From contig CAWADB010000006.1 in the NCBI GenBank assembly GCA_963780735.1, positions 827,282 to 891,281 of the forward strand: DNA of 64,000 nucleotides, in the 5' to 3' direction. A program made the position numbers and the translations under genes. Position 1 is the first letter of the stretch, and each line of letters opens with the position of its first letter. The notes beneath the pieces were generated by a model. The model worked only from the letters and a program-made list of their open reading frames with translations, made no database searches and had not been told where the DNA came from. This DNA comes from an uncultured Bacteroidales bacterium. Lineage in GTDB: Bacteria; Bacteroidota; Bacteroidia; Bacteroidales; VadinHA17. Shown one piece after another: positions 60,696 through 64,000 of this stretch.

Positions 60696-63548
60696 TTACA
60701 GTTTTACGCTTATTTCTTCGCCGGTGTACCTGATGACCTTGTCAGGGGCGGCATTGAAATCAGGTGTGACGGGTTTTTCCTTTGATATCACCACCACATT
60801 AAACGTACGGTCCTGCAGCATCCCCGAGAATTCCCCCTGCCTTGCTCCTGCCGTGAGCGTGCGGTCAGTCTCCGAATAAACAAACGGGATCAGGGCGTAG
60901 GCTCCGTCCTCGTAGTTGTTGTTGACACCTTCATCCTCATAAAGAGTGAACATGCCGTCCATCCCCGTGAAAACAAAAAGAGTGATCGGATCAGCCGGTT
61001 TCTCTGATGTAAACTGAAGATCAGGACCAATGGGGAGAATTGCTCCCTCCCTGACGAAAACAGGTATTGAGCTGTAGGGAGCATCGGCGCTTATCACTTT
61101 TCCTCCGGTGAAGTACTTTCCTGTATACAGGTCATACCACCCGTAAGGCCCTGGCAGGTAAACATCACGACTCCTGGCTTTGTATTCAGTGACAGGATTA
61201 ATTAAAAGCGACGGTCCGAACATATACTGATCGCCGATATCATTCACTGCCGGGTCACCGGGGAAATCCATCGCCAGCCCTCTCATTATGGTATAATCAT
61301 TCAGGTATGTCTGCCCGGCCAGTGAATAGATATACGGCATCAGCCTGTATCTCAGCCTGTCGGTGGCAACCAGTGCCTGGTAGGCCGGGTGGTTCTCCGG
61401 TGCCGTGTTGTATATCTCTCTGTACGGGAACTCTCCGTGTGACCTGAAGACCGGAACGAAAGTGCCGAACTGGAACCAGCGTGTCATCATCTCACGCCAC
61501 TCCTCGAGGTCTGCAGCAGAAGGCTTGTAATACCTGCTTTCAACGGAGAAGCCGCCTATGTCCATAGTCCAGTAAGGTATGCCCGACATGCAGAAGTTCA
61601 GTCCGCAGGGAATCTGTGCTTTCATATCATGCCAGCGCGATGCGATGTCACCGCTCCAGTTTGCGGCCGAGTAGCGTTGCAGGCCGGCGAAGGCTGAGCG
61701 TGTAAGGATAAACACCCGCTGACCGGGATCGGTGTTGCGCTGGCCCTCCCAGACACCCTGGGCATTGACAAGCGAAAAGGCATTGAAGACTTTGTCTGCC
61801 GGGCCCAGGGCAGTGGGATTCATTAGAGCCTTGCGCTCATCCATTGGCAAATTCGAGCATATATCAGGCTCAGTGGCATCGAGCCACCAGGCATCTATAC
61901 CCTTGCTGTAAAGCGAGGTGTTGATCTGCTCCCAGAACGCTTTGCGGGCATCGGCATTGAAGGCATCGTAGAAGGTCGATACAAATCCCATCCAGTCTTT
62001 CTGACCCTTCTCCACATTCCTCTTATACAGCCATCCCTTGCTGTTCATGGCCTCGTAGTTCTTTGTACCCACATAATATTTTGGCCATACTGAAATCATG
62101 ATATTCGTATTAAGCTCATTATGCAATGTACTGATCATAACATCAGGTTCAGGGAACCGGACAGAGTCAAACTGATGATCGCCCCATTTGTCGATCGGCC
62201 AGTATTGCCAGTCGAGCACGATGTTATCAAGAGGGATCTCTCTTTTCCTGTATTCACGCACTACGTTGAGCAACTCATCCTGTGTCGTATAACGCTGACG
62301 GCTCTGCCAGAAGCCCATGGCCCATTTGGGCATCATCGGCGCCTTGCCGGTCACGGTGCGGTAACCGCTGATGACATCATCCATGGTGGTCCCGCTGATG
62401 AAATAATAGTCTATCTGATCAGCCACTTCCGACCAGAATGATATCCTCTGCTGTTCATCGTTATCAGCAGGTGTAAGATATTTCATGGTAATGAATGACT
62501 CACCGCCGTCGGGTATCCATTCTATTTTAAGGGGATAGCGCCTGCCCTTCTCCAGGTCAAGGGTGAAATAGTTGGAGGAAGTATTCCAGCACTGGCGCCA
62601 GCGGTCGAAGATAAGCTTTCCGTCTATCCACAGCTTGGCGTATCCTGCCGAAGTGAAATTGAACTTATGTGTTCCTGAAGTATCAGATTCGAACTCGCCT
62701 TCCCAAGTCACCTGGCCTTCTCCGAGTTTAAAATTCTCAGGGAATTTCACCAGGTCAGGAATGAACTGGTAGTTTATCTCAGATTCGTTACGGATTATAA
62801 ATATCTTTTTTGCGTTTCTCCTGTCTGCGTACACTGCTGTGAGGCCTCCTTCGGCGCCTTCACGGTTATAAAGCTTCAGGGCTGACAGCTCTGTCCAGTC
62901 GCGCACATCGCCGAACTTTGTACGTGAGTTATTGTCCCACAGTATCCCGTAATTGCGGTTCGAAACGATGAACGGGACGACAGCCATGGTGTTATACTGG
63001 AATAGGTCAGCGTCTTTCCCCTTGAGGTTCATGAACGATGTCTGGTTTGCCCCCAGGCCGTAAAGGGCCTCATCCTGAGGCGATTCAAACTGCTGGCGTA
63101 CTGCAAGAAAAGATTCCCCTCCAACGGTGACAGGAGTGAATGATTTGCCACCTCCTGCCTGTTCTGCCAGTAATACTGACCCGTTATTATCTGTGAAGGA
63201 TACTTCTCCTGTGTTGAGTGAGACCTCCGCGCTGACCATTGAAGTGTTCAGGGTGATGCTTCCATCACCCTTCTCTACGGTGAACTCCACTTTCCCTTCC
63301 GGCAACGGCAATGCCATAAGACTCTTCGTTTCCGGGAATTCACCGGAAGGCACGGATGTTACCCTTATGATCTTTTCACTTACAACACTGAGCCTTACTG
63401 CCTGGTCAGGATAAACAGCCTTATCTCCCAGGCGAACCACTATACCGTTATCACTTCTTTCATACGATACGTCGCTGCACGACTGGCAAAAGAGAGCCAG
63501 CAGGACCATTGCCGCCATAACGGCCATCAGAGCAGAAATTTTTTTCAT
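60696..63548 (-). CDS. GH31 alpha-xylosidase-like enzyme with PA14 insertion, lipoprotein
   Basis: Lipobox QSC; PA14-like insert; WWLDATEP nucleophile; WSGDI; DIGGF; RSHG. Confidence 0.9.
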   Translation of the reverse strand: MKKISALMAVMAAMVLLALFCQSCSDVSYERSDNGIVVRLGDKAVYPDQAVRLSVVSEKIIRVTSVPSGEFPETKSLMALPLPEGKVEFTVEKGDGSITLNTSMVSAEVSLNTGEVSFTDNNGSVLLAEQAGGGKSFTPVTVGGESFLAVRQQFESPQDEALYGLGANQTSFMNLKGKDADLFQYNTMAVVPFIVSNRNYGILWDNNSRTKFGDVRDWTELSALKLYNREGAEGGLTAVYADRRNAKKIFIIRNESEINYQFIPDLVKFPENFKLGEGQVTWEGEFESDTSGTHKFNFTSAGYAKLWIDGKLIFDRWRQCWNTSSNYFTLDLEKGRRYPLKIEWIPDGGESFITMKYLTPADNDEQQRISFWSEVADQIDYYFISGTTMDDVISGYRTVTGKAPMMPKWAMGFWQSRQRYTTQDELLNVVREYRKREIPLDNIVLDWQYWPIDKWGDHQFDSVRFPEPDVMISTLHNELNTNIMISVWPKYYVGTKNYEAMNSKGWLYKRNVEKGQKDWMGFVSTFYDAFNADARKAFWEQINTSLYSKGIDAWWLDATEPDICSNLPMDERKALMNPTALGPADKVFNAFSLVNAQGVWEGQRNTDPGQRVFILTRSAFAGLQRYSAANWSGDIASRWHDMKAQIPCGLNFCMSGIPYWTMDIGGFSVESRYYKPSAADLEEWREMMTRWFQFGTFVPVFRSHGEFPYREIYNTAPENHPAYQALVATDRLRYRLMPYIYSLAGQTYLNDYTIMRGLAMDFPGDPAVNDIGDQYMFGPSLLINPVTEYKARSRDVYLPGPYGWYDLYTGKYFTGGKVISADAPYSSIPVFVREGAILPIGPDLQFTSEKPADPITLFVFTGMDGMFTLYEDEGVNNNYEDGAYALIPFVYSETDRTLTAGARQGEFSGMLQDRTFNVVVISKEKPVTPDFNAAPDKVIRYTGEEISVKL

Positions 63549-64000
63549 GTCGATTGTTATTTGATTACTAATTTTTTTGTAACAGATTGACTATCATCGC
63601 TGAAGTTTGCCAGATTCGCCCAGAAGCCAGTCCCATTTGCAGAATAATCTCCGAACATTTATGTCATCATTTTTTATAAAGACTAGCATGCACCTCAGAT
63701 CCTTTGCTGTACAGTTTTAGGGTTTTAAAGTTAATCCTTTTCTTATTGTGGCACAATTAGCATTTTGTGTTTTTATTATAATAATGTGATTGATCCCTGC
63801 AGGATTAAAGTGCGAATTACAACCGTTAGTGTAATTTTTACACAAAGTAAGATGGTACCTGTTACAGCCATCTCTTCGCTATCCTTTTTGCGTTTCCGCC
63901 ATTATGATCTTAAAATCCTACAATGATTATACTATATATTATATACTTTCACACAACAATTTTGAAAACTCAGCGAGAATTCTTTTTAAAACTCATGTTG

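Noticed and set aside
683-63414. Numerous antisense and alternate-frame ORFs of 60-230 aa (e.g. 2069..2623, 19734..20255, 52111..52797, 58861..59637)
   Set aside because: They overlap well-supported genes and carry no recognisable motifs.
1-64000. CRISPR array, rRNA, transposase or prophage
   Set aside because: No regularly spaced repeats or hallmark sequences seen.
63549-64000. Promoter or regulator sites upstream of the GH31 cluster
   Set aside because: AT-rich and probably regulatory, but I could not define a convincing consensus box or repeat.

Overview
64 kb of a Bacteroidota chromosome, probably from an anaerobic Bacteroidales (TAnnTTTG -7 promoter boxes, many lipoproteins and outer-membrane barrels, Bacteroides-type mannan genes). 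From left to right it holds: a cytochrome b - Rieske - octaheme cytochrome c/TPR operon; DUF2252; pepF; tRNA-Val; a LuxR/DUF1214/arylsulfatase/four-barrel module; a candidate ~105-nt sRNA with six GAC motifs; a ~17.5-kb anaerobic purine/urate degradation cluster (hydA, ygeW, ygeY, xdhAB, ygfK, two PLP enzymes, Se-dependent XDH-type enzyme, ssnA) with no recognisable ygeX or carbamate kinase; an amino acid permease; small lipoproteins; a DP-motif protein next to a TPR-SpoIIE phosphatase; tRNA-Cys with a linked palindromic element; a Fic gene with tandem operator-like palindromes; a LytTR/TonB receptor/hydrolase module; SPFH; and a beta-mannan/hemicellulose cluster (epimerase, GH130, GH26, GH5, GH2, CE7, GH31). 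Many genes are broken by single-base indels that look like long-read assembly errors, so I joined the fragments by eye. All family assignments come from motif recognition, not database searches.
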